Assembly: GCF_036365525.1 (NCBI RefSeq)
Contig: NC_090404.1
Span: forward strand, 8,308,001-8,372,000
From: Heterodontus francisci
Taxonomy: Eukaryota
Length of the DNA: 64,000 bases
Direction: 5' to 3'
Shown: positions 13,301 through 25,519 of the stretch, piece after piece
Numbering within the stretch: position 1 is the first letter of the stretch
How the letters are laid out: each line of letters begins with the position of its first letter
Position numbers and translations under genes: made by a program
The notes under the pieces: generated by a model
What the model was told of the DNA's origin: nothing
The model's input: the letters and a program-made list of their open reading frames with translations, nothing else
The model's database searches: none

Positions 13301-16266
13301 TGATCCACATCTCTGATTCTATTACACCAGGTCCTGTCTCTGTTATTACTGAAGTAGTCCACATCTCTGATTCTATTACACCAGATCCTATCTCTGTTAT
13401 TACTGAAGTAGTCCACATCTCTGATTCTATTACACCAGGTCCTGTCTCTGTTATTACTGAAGTAGTCCAAATCTCTGATTCTATTACACCAGGTCCTATC
13501 TCTGTTATTACTGAAGTGATCCACATCTCTGATTCTATTACACCAGGTCCTGTCTCTGTTATTACTGAAGTAGTCCACATCTCTGATTCTATTACACCAG
13601 GTCCTGTCTCTGTTATTCCTGAAGTAGTCCACATATCTGATTCTATTACACCAGATCCTATCTCTGTTATTACTGAAGTAGTCCACATATCGGATTCTAT
13701 TACACCAGATCCTGTCTCTGTTATTACTGAAGTAGTCCACATCTCTGATTCTATTACACCAGATCCTGTCTCTGTTATTACTGAAGTGATCCACATCTCT
13801 GATTCTATTACACCAGGTCCTGTCTCTGTTATTACTGAAGTAGTCCACATCTCGGATTCTATTACACCAGGTCCTGTCTCTGTTATTACTGAAGTGATCC
13901 ACATCTCTGATTCTATTACACCAGGTCCTGTCTCTGTTATTACTGAAGTAGTCCACATCTCTGATTCTATTACACCAGGTCCTGTCTCTGTTATTCCTGA
14001 AGTAGTCCACATCTCTGATTCTATTACACCAGATCCTATCTCTGTTATTACTGAAGTAGTCCACATCTCTGATTCTATTACACCAGATCCTATCTCTGTT
14101 ATTCCTGAAGTAGTCCAAATCTCTGATTCTATTACACCAGATCCTATCTCTCTTATTCCTGAAGTAGTCCAAATCTCTGATTCTATTACACCAGATCCTA
14201 TCTCTGTTATTCCTGAAGTAGTCCAAATCTCTGATTCTATTACACCAGATCCTATCTCTGTTATTCCTGAAGTAGTCCACATCTCTGATTCTATTACACC
14301 AGATCCTGTCTCTGTTATTACTGAAGTGATCCAAATCTCTGATTCTATTACACCAGATCCTATCTCTCTTATTCCTGAAGTAGTCCAAATCTCTGATTCT
14401 ATTACACCAGATCCTATCTCTGTTATTCCTGAAGTAGTCCAAATCTCTGATTCTATTACACCAGATCCTATCTCTGTTATTCCTGAAGTAGTCCAAATCT
14501 CTGATTCTATTACACCAGATCCTATCTCTGTTATTCCTGAAGTAGTCCACATCTCTGATTCTATTACACCAGATCCTGTCCCTGTTATTACTGAAGTAGT
14601 CCACATCTCTGATTCTATTACACCAGATCCTATCTCTCTTATTCCTGAAGTAGTCCAAATCTCTGATTCTATTACACCAGATCCTATCTCTGTTATTCCT
14701 GAAGTAGTCCACATCTCTGATTCTATTACACCAGATCCTGTCTCTGTTATTACTGAAGTGATCCAAATCTCTGATTCTATTACACCAGATCCTATCTCTC
14801 TTATTCCTGAAGTAGTCCAAATCTCTGATTCTATTACACCAGATCCTATCTCTGTTATTCCTGAAGTAGTCCAAATCTCTGATTCTATTACACCAGATCC
14901 TATCTCTGTTATTCCTGAAGTAGTCCAAATCTCTGATTCTATTACACCAGATCCTATCTCTGTTATTCCTGAAGTAGTCCACATCTCTGATTCTATTACA
15001 CCAGATCCTATCTCTGTTATTCCTGAAGTAGTCCACATCTCTGATTCTATTACACCAGATCCTGTCTCTGTTATTACTGAAGTGATCCAAATCTCTGATT
15101 CTATTACACCAGATCCTATCTCTCTTATTCCTGAAGTAGTCCAAATCTCTGATTCTATTACACCAGATCCTATCTCTGTTATTCCTGAAGTAGTCCAAAT
15201 CTCTGATTCTATTACACCAGATCCTATCTCTGTTATTCCTGAAGTAGTCCACATCTCTGATTCTATTACACCAGATCCTATCTCTGTTATTCCTGAAGTA
15301 GTCCAAATCTCTGATTCTATTACACCAGGTCCTGTCTCTATTATTACTGAAGTAGTCCACATCTCTGATTCTATTACACCAGGTCCTGTCTCTCTTATTA
15401 CTGAAGTAGTCCACATCTCTGATTCTATTACACCAGGTCCTATCTCTGTTATTACTGAAGTAGTCCACATCTCTGATTCTATTACACCAGGTCCTGTCTC
15501 TCTTATTACTGAAGTAGTCCACATCTCTGATTCTATTACACCACGTCCTGTCTCTGTTATTACTGAAGTAGTCCACATCTCTGATTCTATTACACCAGGT
15601 GCTGTCTCTCTTATTACTGAAGTAGTCCACATCTCTGATTCTATTGCACCAGGTCCTGTCTCTGTTATTACTGAAGTAGTCCGCATCTCTGATTCTATTA
15701 CACCAGGTCCCGTCTCTGTTATTACTGAAGTAGTCCACATCTCTGATTCTATTACACCAGGTCCCGTCTCTGTTATTACTGAAGTAGTCCACATCTCTGA
15801 TTCTATTACACCAGGTCCTGTCTCTCTTATTACTGAAGTAGTCCACATCTCTGATTCTATTACACCAGGTCCTGTCTCTCTTATTACTGAAGTAGTCCAC
15901 ATCTCTGATTCTATTACACCAGGTCCTGTCTCTCTTATTACTGAAGTAGTCCACATCTCTGATTCTATTACACCAGGTCCTGTCTCTCTTATTACTGAAG
16001 TAGTCCACATCTCTGATTCTATTACACCAGGTCCTGTCTCTCTTATTACTGAAGTAGTCCACATCTCTGATTCTATTACACCAGGTCCCGTCTCTGTTAT
16101 TACTGAAGTAGTCCACATCTCTGATTCTATTACACCAGGTCCTGTCTCTCTTATTACTGAAGTAGTCCACATCTCTGATTCTATTACACCAGGTCCTGTC
16201 TCTCTTATTACTGAAGTAGTCCACATCTCTGATTCTATTGCACCAGGTCCTGTCTCTGTTATTACT
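10333..16266. repeat. 54-bp minisatellite, about 110 copies (GAAGTAGTCCACATCTCTGATTCTATTACACCAGGTCCTGTCTCTGTTATTACT)
   Basis: Direct tandem repeat; 18-aa periodicity in three long ORFs. Confidence 0.97.
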
Positions 16267-16419
16267 ATCAGTTGAGATCCTGTCTCTGCTTATTACTGTA
16301 CCTGCCCATTTATCTGTTCCTATAACACCAGGTCCTGTCGCTGCATTAGTCCCTAACTTTGTATTACAACAGGTCCTTTTTCTGTAATCACTACACTTGA
16401 CCATATCTCTCTCCACAGC

Positions 16420-16730
16420 AGTTTCCAAGCCCCCAGCCTCTACCAGCTAGAAGGACAAGAGCAGCAGCTGTATGGGAAACCACAACCTGCAAGTTCTGGT
16501 CCAAGACAGACTCCATCCTGACTTGGAACTATATCGCCATTCCTTTACTGTCGCTGGGTCAAAATCCTGGAACTCCCTTCCTAACAGCACAGTGGGAGTA
16601 CCTACCCCACATACACTGCAGCGGTTCAAGAAGGCTGCTCACCACCACCGCCTCCTCAATGTCAGTCAGGGATGTATTAGAAATGCTGTCTTAGCCAGAG
16701 ATGCTCACATTCCCATGCATGAATAAAAGA
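16420..16730 (+). mobile_element. LINE 3' end, same family as 3335-6040
   Basis: SFTVAGSKSWNSLP...LQRFKKAAHHH motif. Confidence 0.75.
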
Positions 16731-17656
16731 AGGTGGACATTAGGACTCGGTGGCTGCCCATTTTCTGCTGATGTGAGGTTATTGTTCCAGGCTCTAACTC
16801 AGTTCCTAGGTCAGGTGAAAGCTAAATTGGAAAATCCTGCAGGGAAATAAATCCTTAACATTAAAAACTGAGCAATTGTCACAGTCCAACAAAAGTGTGA
16901 ATTAGTACACTTTACACAACACAGTTTGTCACTAAGTAATGTAAAGTGCAGTGCACTACTGCTCGACTTTAGTCCTGTTCCTCAATCCCAGTTTATCGCT
17001 GGGAGATTGTTACAAGATTCACACCATCCATGCAACACAAATATTACCCACATAATCTTAGAGCAATTAGAAATTGGACACATCTGCAGATAGGTATTAA
17101 CAAGACTAAACATATTCTTCCATACAGGAAATGATTATACCTTCCCCCACACATGAATATATGAGTTGGAAATTGGTCTCAGGCAGTGGTACAGGATGGT
17201 ACAGTATTGGACTGATCGCCTGGTATAGGCAGCACCTGATGATTAATTCCGTTGACTGAAATGAAACTGAATATCAGGGGTTGGGTCGAACGGGCGGCCG
17301 ATCAGCCTGTTTTGAGCCGATGCCCGAGACCAATTTCCAGCCTAACATTTATTTATGATAATATCTCATCATCTCATAGGGACATGGCCTAATTCAGTGA
17401 TAACCCGACAGATTCTAGGCAATAGGTCTAATAGGATGTGGAGACTGGGTCTCGGGTAATATAAATAGAGGCAGGGTCTAGTGCAATATAAACAGACATA
17501 GTCTAGTTTAATATGAATAGAAACAGGGTCTAGTTTAATAGGTCTAATTGGGTCTAGAGACTGGACCTAGAGTAATATAAACAGAGACAGGATCTAGCAT
17601 ATTATAAATAGAGGCATGGTCTCGTTTAATAACAGAAATAGGGTCTCATGTATTAG

Positions 17657-18585
17657 AAACAGACACAGGGTCTAGTGTAAGATAAACAGAGACAGGGTCC
17701 AGTGTAATATAAACAGACACAGGGTCTAGTGTAATATAAACAGAGACAGGGTCCAGTGTAATATAAACAGAGACAGGGTCTAGTGTGATATAAACAGAGA
17801 CAGGGTCTAGTGTAATATAAACAGAGACAGGGTCCAGTGTAATATAAACAGAGACAGGGTCCAGTGTGATATAAACAGAGACAGGGTCTAGCGTGATATA
17901 AACAGAGACAGGGTCTAGTGTGATATAAACAGAGACAGGGTCTAGTGTGATATAAACAGAGACAGTGTCTAGTGTAATATAAACAGAGACAGGGTCTAGT
18001 GTGATATAAACAGAGACAGGGTCTAGTGTAATATAAACAGAGACAGGGTCCAGTGTAATATAAACAGAGACAGGGTCTAGTGTAATATAAACAGAGACAG
18101 GGTCTAGTGTGATATAAACAGAGACAGGGTCTAGTGTAATATAAACAGAGACAGGGTCCAGTGTAATATAAACAGAGACAGGGTCCAGTGTAATATAAAC
18201 AGAGACAGGGTCTAGTGTAATATAAACAGAGACAGGGTCTAGTGTGATATAAACAGAGACAGGGTCTAGTGTAATATAAACAGAGACAGGGTCCAGTGTA
18301 ATATAAACAGAGACAGGGTCCAGTGTAATATAAACAGAGACTGGGTCTAGTGTAATATAAACAGAGACAGGGTCCAGTGTAATATAAACAGAGACAGGGC
18401 CTAGTGTAATATAAACAGAGACAGGGTCCAGTGTAATATAAACAGAGACAGGGTCCAGTGTGATATAAACAGAGACAGGGTCTAGTGTGATATAAACAGA
18501 GACAGGGTCTAGTGTAATATAAACAGAGACAGGGTCTAGTGTAATATAAACAGAGACAGGGTCCAGTGTAATATAAACAGAGACA
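17657..18585. repeat. 27-bp minisatellite, about 34 copies (AGAGACAGGGTCTAGTGTAATATAAAC)
   Basis: Direct tandem repeat; 9-aa periodicity CLCLYYTRP in the ORF track. Confidence 0.95.
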
Positions 18586-18977
18586 CAACGATGTACAGTG
18601 ACAACTGAAACAAGGTCTAGTATAATATGAACAGAGGCAGTCTCTCGCGCAAAATAAACTGAGACATTATCTGGTGCAGTAATAGCAGAGGCAGGGCAGA
18701 GTCATAGACTAGTCCATCATTAATTGATACTGAGTTTATTGTAGTATAAACAGACACAGGGTGTGGTGCAGTAATAACTGAGACAGGGCATTGTGTGATA
18801 CAAGCAGAAACATTGTCCAGTATATTAACACCTGAGTTTGGGCCAATGTGGAAATAAGTGAGGCATGGGCTGCTTTAATATGATCAGGGACAATGTTTGT
18901 TCCAATACAAATCAGAAAATTTCTTAGTGCAATATAAACAGACAGCATCTAATGCAATATAGACTAAAGTAGGTTCT

Positions 18978-19376
18978 AATGTAATATAAACAGAGACGGG
19001 GCCTAGTGCAGTAGTAACTGAGACAGAGCCTTGTGTAATATAAACAGAGACAGGGCCTAGTGCAGTAGTAACCAAGACAGGGCCTTGTGTAATATAAACA
19101 GAGACAGGGCCTAGTGCAGTAGTAACCAAAACAGGGCCTTGTGTAATATAAACAGAGACAGGGCCTAGTGCAGTAGTAACTGAGACAGGGCCTTGTGTAA
19201 TATAAACAGAGACAGGGCCTAGTGCAGTAGTAACTGAGACAGAGCCTTGTGTAATATAAACAGAGACAGGGCCTAGTGCAGTAGTAACTGAGACAGAGCC
19301 TTGTGTAATATAAACAGAGACATGGCCTAGTGCAGTAGTAACCGAGACAGAGCCTAGTGTAATATAAACAGAGACA
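18978..19376. repeat. Second 54-bp (2x27) minisatellite, about 7 copies
   Basis: Tandem repeat whose reverse complement aligns with the 10.3-16.3 kb unit. Confidence 0.9.
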
Positions 19377-19576
19377 CTTGAGATTAGACCATGTCGGAAT
19401 AATTGAGGCATGGACTATTTTAATATGATCAGACACAACATTTGTTATAATACAAATAGGAAAATGACCTAGTGCAACATAAACAGAGTGAGCATCTAGT
19501 GTAATATAACCAGAGACATGGCCTAGAGCAGTAATCACTGAGACAAGGCCTAGTGTAATATAAACAGAGACAAGGT

Positions 19577-20381
19577 CTCTTCTTTGGCCTCCGTGTCTCG
19601 AGAGACAATGGGTAAGCGCCTGGAGGTGGTCAGTGGTTTGTGAAGCAGTGCCTGGAGTGGCAATAAAGGCCAATTCTAGAGTGACAGACTCTTCCACAGC
19701 CTCTCCCCTTGCACTTCTGTCTTTTTTCCTGCCAACAGCTAAGTCTCTTTGACTCGCAACTCTTTAGCCCCGCCTTTATGGCTGCCCGCCAGCTCTGGCG
19801 ATCACTGGCAACTGACTCCCACGACTTGTGATCAATGTCACAGGACTTCATGTCGCGTTTGCAGACGTCTTTAAAGCGTAGACATGGACAGCCGGTGGGT
19901 CTGATACCAGTAACGAGCTCGCTGTACAATGTGACTTTGGGGATCCTGCCATCTTCCATGCAGCTCACATGGCCAAGCCATCTCAAGCGCCGCTGACTCA
20001 GTAGGGTGTATAGGCTGGGGATGTCAGCTGCCCCGAGGATTTCTGTGTTGGAGATACGGTCCTGCCACCTGATGCCAAGGATTCTCCGGAGGTAGCGAAG
20101 ATGGAATGAATTGAGACGTCGCTCTTGGCTGACATACGTTGTCAAGGCCTCGCTGCTGTAGAGCAAGGTACTGAGGACACAGGCTTGAAACACTCGGACT
20201 TTTGTGTTCCGTGTCAGTGCGCCATTTTCCAACACCCTCTTGGCCAGTCTGGACATAGCAGTGGAAGCCTTTCCCATGCGCTTGTTGATTTCTGCATCGA
20301 GAGACAGGTTACTGGTGATAGTTGAGCCTAGGTAGGTGAACTCTCGAACCACTTCCAGAGCGTGGTCGCCAATATTGATGG
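19577..20381 (-). mobile_element. RTE-clade LINE, 5'-truncated
   Basis: ORF 19630-20391 with FTYLGS, TKVRVFQACVLSTLLY and RRLRWLGHV motifs. Confidence 0.85.
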
Positions 20382-21717
20382 ACAAGAGCATTAATAATTC
20401 AGGCAGCGCCTGTTTCGTGCAATGTGAACAATCGGGCTTTTACTGACACCTGGTGGCTGTGTTTGACCATTACTCCTATTGTGAAAATGTCGATGTTAAT
20501 TCCTGACATGAATACATCAAGAAACAGCTTGCATTGATGTAACACCTAATCACCTTCTCTGGGAGGTCCCAAAATTTGAGGTGCAACTAATTCCAGATGA
20601 ACGTGGCCGATTTCTGTGCAGAAACATCAGTAATAGAGTAAAGTGTGTTTTTGTTGATCTTGGTTCAAGGAGGAATGTTGACCAGGACACGGTGTGGGGA
20701 CCATGGGAGCTTTAATGTCTACATCAACAGACAAGGGGGAGAGGAGAGATTATTGGTTCATGATGTGATCTGAAAGACAGTGGGGACCGTTTCCCAGATA
20801 CTTTAAGTGCCACTAAGCCTCCAATGGAGCCAAGGTGGGATATTAAGCTGAAGCATTGATTTCGCCTGCGTTTAACGGAAGATACCATCTTGGTAAAAGA
20901 GTTGACACTTGGGCTAGGATCATCTACCCGGAGGATCAGTCAGCAGCTGATTGTCACTGAAATCGTCTGCTAACACTCATTCAATAGGCTGCACACCATT
21001 TTGATAATTAGCTCTTGACCGACCCTCTCTCTGAACAGCTTCTTGGGAGTAAACAAGTTGCTGCAGAGGTTTTCTGCGATACTTAAAGGTACATCGCCTT
21101 TTCCTGTCCACTTTCTGCTGAAGGTTTGAAGAGGACTTTCGAAACCCATCGGGAGAATTTCTGGGACACATTTTCCACTTCGCCAACACCTTGTCGACAT
21201 TTATTCCTGGAAATTCTCTGAGTGCCTCACTCAAAAAGGGTAAGAGCTGTGCGACTTAGCCTTATAGGAGTCAACAGGAGAAAGGGAGTGCTTGGTCATC
21301 AGCATCTTGCTGGTTGGCTGAATGGGGGGAGGACATGAGGCCAGGCAGAGCAGCACCCGCTGCTGTAGGATAGTGAGACAGGAGGGTGAGGTGGTGTCCT
21401 GCCCCAGTGCGGGTACAGGACATCCTTCCTCCTCTGGATCTCCTCCACCACCACCTATAATGCTGCATCTGAGAATCTGTGCACACACTCAGTTGGTTCC
21501 TGAGCCATCCTGAAAGATATCACTGTGTGTCAGCCAGGCCACCCCACACTTATAGTGGAAGTGGGTGCATGAAACCCACATATACTACTGCAAGAAAATT
21601 GTGGTTAATCAGCCACTTGAATTCAGAACCTGCAGGGTCTCTGGTTTAGCACCTCCAGGCAAGTTCAATTATGGTAATCAACAATTAGATCAAAATTGGG
21701 TGCTAAATCCAGGCATT

Positions 21718-22512
21718 CATAGAAACATAGAAAATAGGAGGAGGAGTAGGCCATTCGGCCTTTCGAGCCTGCTCCACCATTCATTATGATCATGGCTGAT
21801 CATCCAACTCAGTCGCCTGTTCCCGCTTTTGCCCCATATCCTTTGATCCCTTTAGACCCAAGAGCTATATCTAACTCCTTCTTGAAAACATACAATGTTT
21901 TGGCCTCAACTGCTTTCTGTGGTGGCGAATTCCACAGGCTCACCACTCTCTGGGTGAAGAAATTTCTCATCATCTCAGTCCTGAAAGGTTTACCCCATAT
22001 CCTTAGACTATGACCCCTGGTTCTGGACTCCCCCACCATCGGGAACATCCTTCCTGCATCTACCCTGTCAAGTCCTGTTAGAATTTTATAGGTTTCTATG
22101 AGATTCCCCCTCACTCTTCTGAATTCCAGTGAATATAATCCTAACCGACTCAATCTCTCCTCATACGTCAGTCCCACCATCCCAGGAATCAGTCTGGTGA
22201 ACCTTTGCTGCACTCCCTCTATAGCAAGAACATCCTCCCTCAGATAAGGAGACCAAAACTGCACACAATATTCCAGGTGTGGCCTCACCAAGGCCCTGTA
22301 TAATTGCAGCAAGATATCCCTGCTCCTGTACTCGAATCCTCTCGCTATGAAGGCCAACATACCATTTGCCTTTTTTTTAACCGCCTGTTGCACCTGCATG
22401 CTTACCTTCAGCGACTGATGTACGAGAACACCCAGGTCTCGTTGCATATTCCCCTCTCTCAGTTTATAGCCGTTCAGATAATAATCTGCCTTCCTGTTTT
22501 TGCTACCAAAGT
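21718..22512 (-). mobile_element. CR1-clade LINE 3' fragment
   Basis: ORF 21809-22555 with RDLGVLV, LEYCVQFWSP and RNFFTQRVV motifs. Confidence 0.9.
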
Positions 22513-23014
22513 GGGGTGTTTCATTAGAACAGTGGCCATTAGCCTCTGGTTTCACCCTTTAACCAAAATAACCCCCAAATTGTTCATTATATATGCGTTG
22601 TGTAAACACCATTTTGTTTGCCATTCCACAAATATAAATAATTATCTTCACCAATTTTTTTTTAGCATTTTTAAAAATTCAACATGTTCGAGGGTAATGA
22701 GCAGCTACCCGCCAGTCTCTGTGTTTTATTGTTAAGTAATCACCTCCCCTTAACATAGTAGCTGCTGGTATGTACCTCGCATGTGTGAAGCTTTGTGCAA
22801 GTGATGGTAAAACTGAAACTACCTGTACCTGATGTGAAGTTAATAAATCTGTAAATGACTGGTTTGTTATTTTACTTGTTTGCACAGGAATGAAACACTT
22901 GATGCTTTCCAGTGAATTTCGCACCATTTCTCTTTCGACACACTTTGTTTTTAGCCTGTTACCTTCACTATTTCCTCCCGACGTCTTCAAATATTTTTAT
23001 GGTTTAGTTCATTA

Positions 23015-23840
23015 ATAACTGAGACAGAAACTAACATATTATAAGTGACATTATTTAATGGTATGAATAGAGATATGGCCTAGTGCAGCAATAACTGAGA
23101 CACGGCCTAGCATAATATAAAAAGCAACATGGTCTAGTGTAATATATATGGGACATGAGTTTGGGTAATATAAGTGGGACATGATCTAGTGCAGTAATAA
23201 CTGAGCAAGGGCGAATGGATTATAAACAGAGAAATGGTCTCCTGCACTAATAACAGCACATGATCTAATTTAGTAGAGACAGAGCCTAGTGTAATAGAAA
23301 CAAATATATCGTCCACAGCAATAATAAGTGAGACAGATCCTCGTGTAATCTGAGCAGAAACATGGTCTACTTCAGTAATAACCTAGAATGTGTTGTATAA
23401 AATATAAACAAAGCGATGGTCTAATGCAGTGTCAACTGAGACAATGTCTAGTGTAATATGAACAGAGACATGGTCTATTGAGTAATAAAGGAGGCAGGTC
23501 TAGTGTAACATAAACAGAGACAGGGTCTAGTGAAACTAATGAAATGTCAGCAAAGGCTTGATTTATTCGAGTAATAACTGGGGCAGGATCTAGTGCAATG
23601 GAAATAGAAACATGGTTTAGTAACTGAGGGAAGAGAAGGTGCAATATAAACAGAGAGAAAGAGAGAGAGATGGTCGAGTGCACTAATAACTGTGACAGAA
23701 TCTTGTATAATATACAAAGAGGCACACTCCTCTGCATGTAAAACTGAGACATGACCATCGCAACATCAGCAGAAATAGGGTCGACTGTAATGTAAACAGG
23801 GTCGAGTGTATAATACAGGACCATTTATATGTTTATATTA
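23015..23840. repeat. Degenerate 27-bp satellite domain
   Basis: Diverged AGAGACA-GGTCTAGTGTAATA-like units. Confidence 0.7.
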
Positions 23841-24260
23841 CATAAGAAATAAGAGCAGGAGTAGGCCATTCAGCTCTTGGAGTCCGCTCCGCAATTCAAT
23901 GAGATTATGGCTGATCTTTTACTTCAGCACCAATTTCCCGCACTATCCCTGTATCCCTTGTCATTTTCAAACTGCAGAAATCTATTGATCTCCATCATGA
24001 ACGTACTCAACAGCTGAGCCTCTTCAGCCCTCTGGGGCAGAGAATTCCTAAGATTTACCAAGTGAATTAATTCCTCCTCATCTCAGTTCTAAATGGCCTG
24101 CCCCTTATTCTGAGACTCTGCCCCCTGGTTCTAGACTCCCTCATCCAGGGGAAACATCCTTCCTGCATCTACCCTGTCAAGTCCTGTAAGAATTTTGTTC
24201 GTTTGATTGAGAGCACCTCTCATTCTTCTAAAGTCCAGAGAATAAAACCCAGTCTATTTC
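23840..24260 (-). mobile_element. CR1-clade LINE 3' fragment
   Basis: Homologous to 21718-22130. Confidence 0.75.
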
Positions 24261-25086
24261 ATGCAGCCTTGTCTGAGTTCTCATTGAACTAGGCCATAGA
24301 CTACTCGAGTAGAAAAATAATGATTGTGTTAATCTTTTACAAAAAAACGGTAGGCCTCAGAGATGAACTGGGACTGAAGGACAGGAGTAAGTGTGAGCAA
24401 CAGTGCATTTCATTTTTCACGACAAACTTCGTAACAATCTTGTGTTAAAGTTTACTGATTCACACATATCGTACTGTGATAATTGCTCATAGTTTCTTTT
24501 TATTGCTAAGTGATTCCCTTCAGTTCCTCCCTCTCATTAAGCTCTGTGTTCCCCAACAATTCTAGTATGATATTTGTGTCCTCAGAACCAAAATATGCAT
24601 TTAGTTGGTCAGCCATTTCTTTGTTCCCCATAATAAATTCCCCAGTTTCTGACTGTAAGGGACCTACATTTGTCTTCACTAATCTTTTTCTCTTTAGAAA
24701 CTTTTACAGTCAGTTTTTATGTTTCTCGCAAGCTTACTCTGGTACTCTTATTTTCCCCTTCTTAATCAATCCCTTGGTCCTCCTTTGCTGAATTCTAAAC
24801 TGCTCCCAATCCTCAGGTCTGTTGTTTTTTCTGGCGAATTTATTCCTTCTATCTAATGCTATCTCTAATTTTCCTTGTAAGACATGGTTTGGCTACCTTT
24901 CCTGCTTTACTTTTGTGCCAGATTGCATCCGCCTCTGCTCCGGGCTGGAAAACAGGACAGGCCGCAGAGGGGAAAAGGAAAACCTTTAAAATTCAGCAAA
25001 AATTACATTCCTCTCACATCTAACCACCGGTTTCATTGTATCTGGAATTCTCCTTTTTATTGATATTTATTTTAATTTTTCTGCAG

Positions 25087-25476
25087 TTAAAGATTTGCGG
25101 GAACCGTTCGTGTCTGTCCTCCTGCCCCCGGCAGACGATGTCTCCGCTCAGAGGTTCCTCTCCCTCACCTGCTTAGTGAGCGGTTTCTCCCCCCGAGAGA
25201 TCTTCGTCAAGTGGACCATCAATGACAAGTCGGTGAATCCCGGCAACTACAAGAACACCGAGGTGATGACGGAGAACGACAATAGGTCCTTCTTCATCTA
25301 CAGCCTGTTATCCATTGCAGCGGAGGAGTGGGTCAGCGGCGCTTCTTACTCCTGTGTGGTGGGACATGAAGCGATCCCCTTGAAGATCATCAACAGAACA
25401 GTTAATAAATCCAGCGGTAACCCGAGTTTTGTGAACATTTCCCTTGCTCTGTTGGACACTCAATTCATGTCAATGA
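25087..25476 (+). CDS. IgNAR: IgNAR heavy chain last constant exon (C5) plus secretory tail (tail frameshifted)
   Basis: Phase-1 acceptor ttttctgcag|; C1-set domain [19 protein letters not shown]...[23 protein letters not shown], recognised as IgNAR C5; internal donor G|GTAA at 25416/25417; tail [15 protein letters not shown] with out-of-frame NSCQ*. Confidence 0.93.
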
Positions 25477-25513
25477 GAATCTCTCGATTGCATTTCAATC
25501 TTAAATACAAACG

Positions 25514-25519
25514 AATAAA
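25514..25519 (+). terminator. Poly(A) signal of the secreted IgNAR form
   Basis: AATAAA about 40 nt after the ancestral stop codon. Confidence 0.7.

Noticed and set aside
10320-16428. Minus-strand 1968-aa and 1594-aa ORFs as protein genes
   Set aside because: By-products of a stop-free 54-bp repeat; no non-repetitive domain or gene context
17653-18588. Cys/Tyr-rich (CLCLYYTRP)n ORF
   Set aside because: Translation of the 27-bp satellite
20900-21520. Possible DNA-transposon-associated ORF remnants
   Set aside because: No diagnostic motif recognisable by eye
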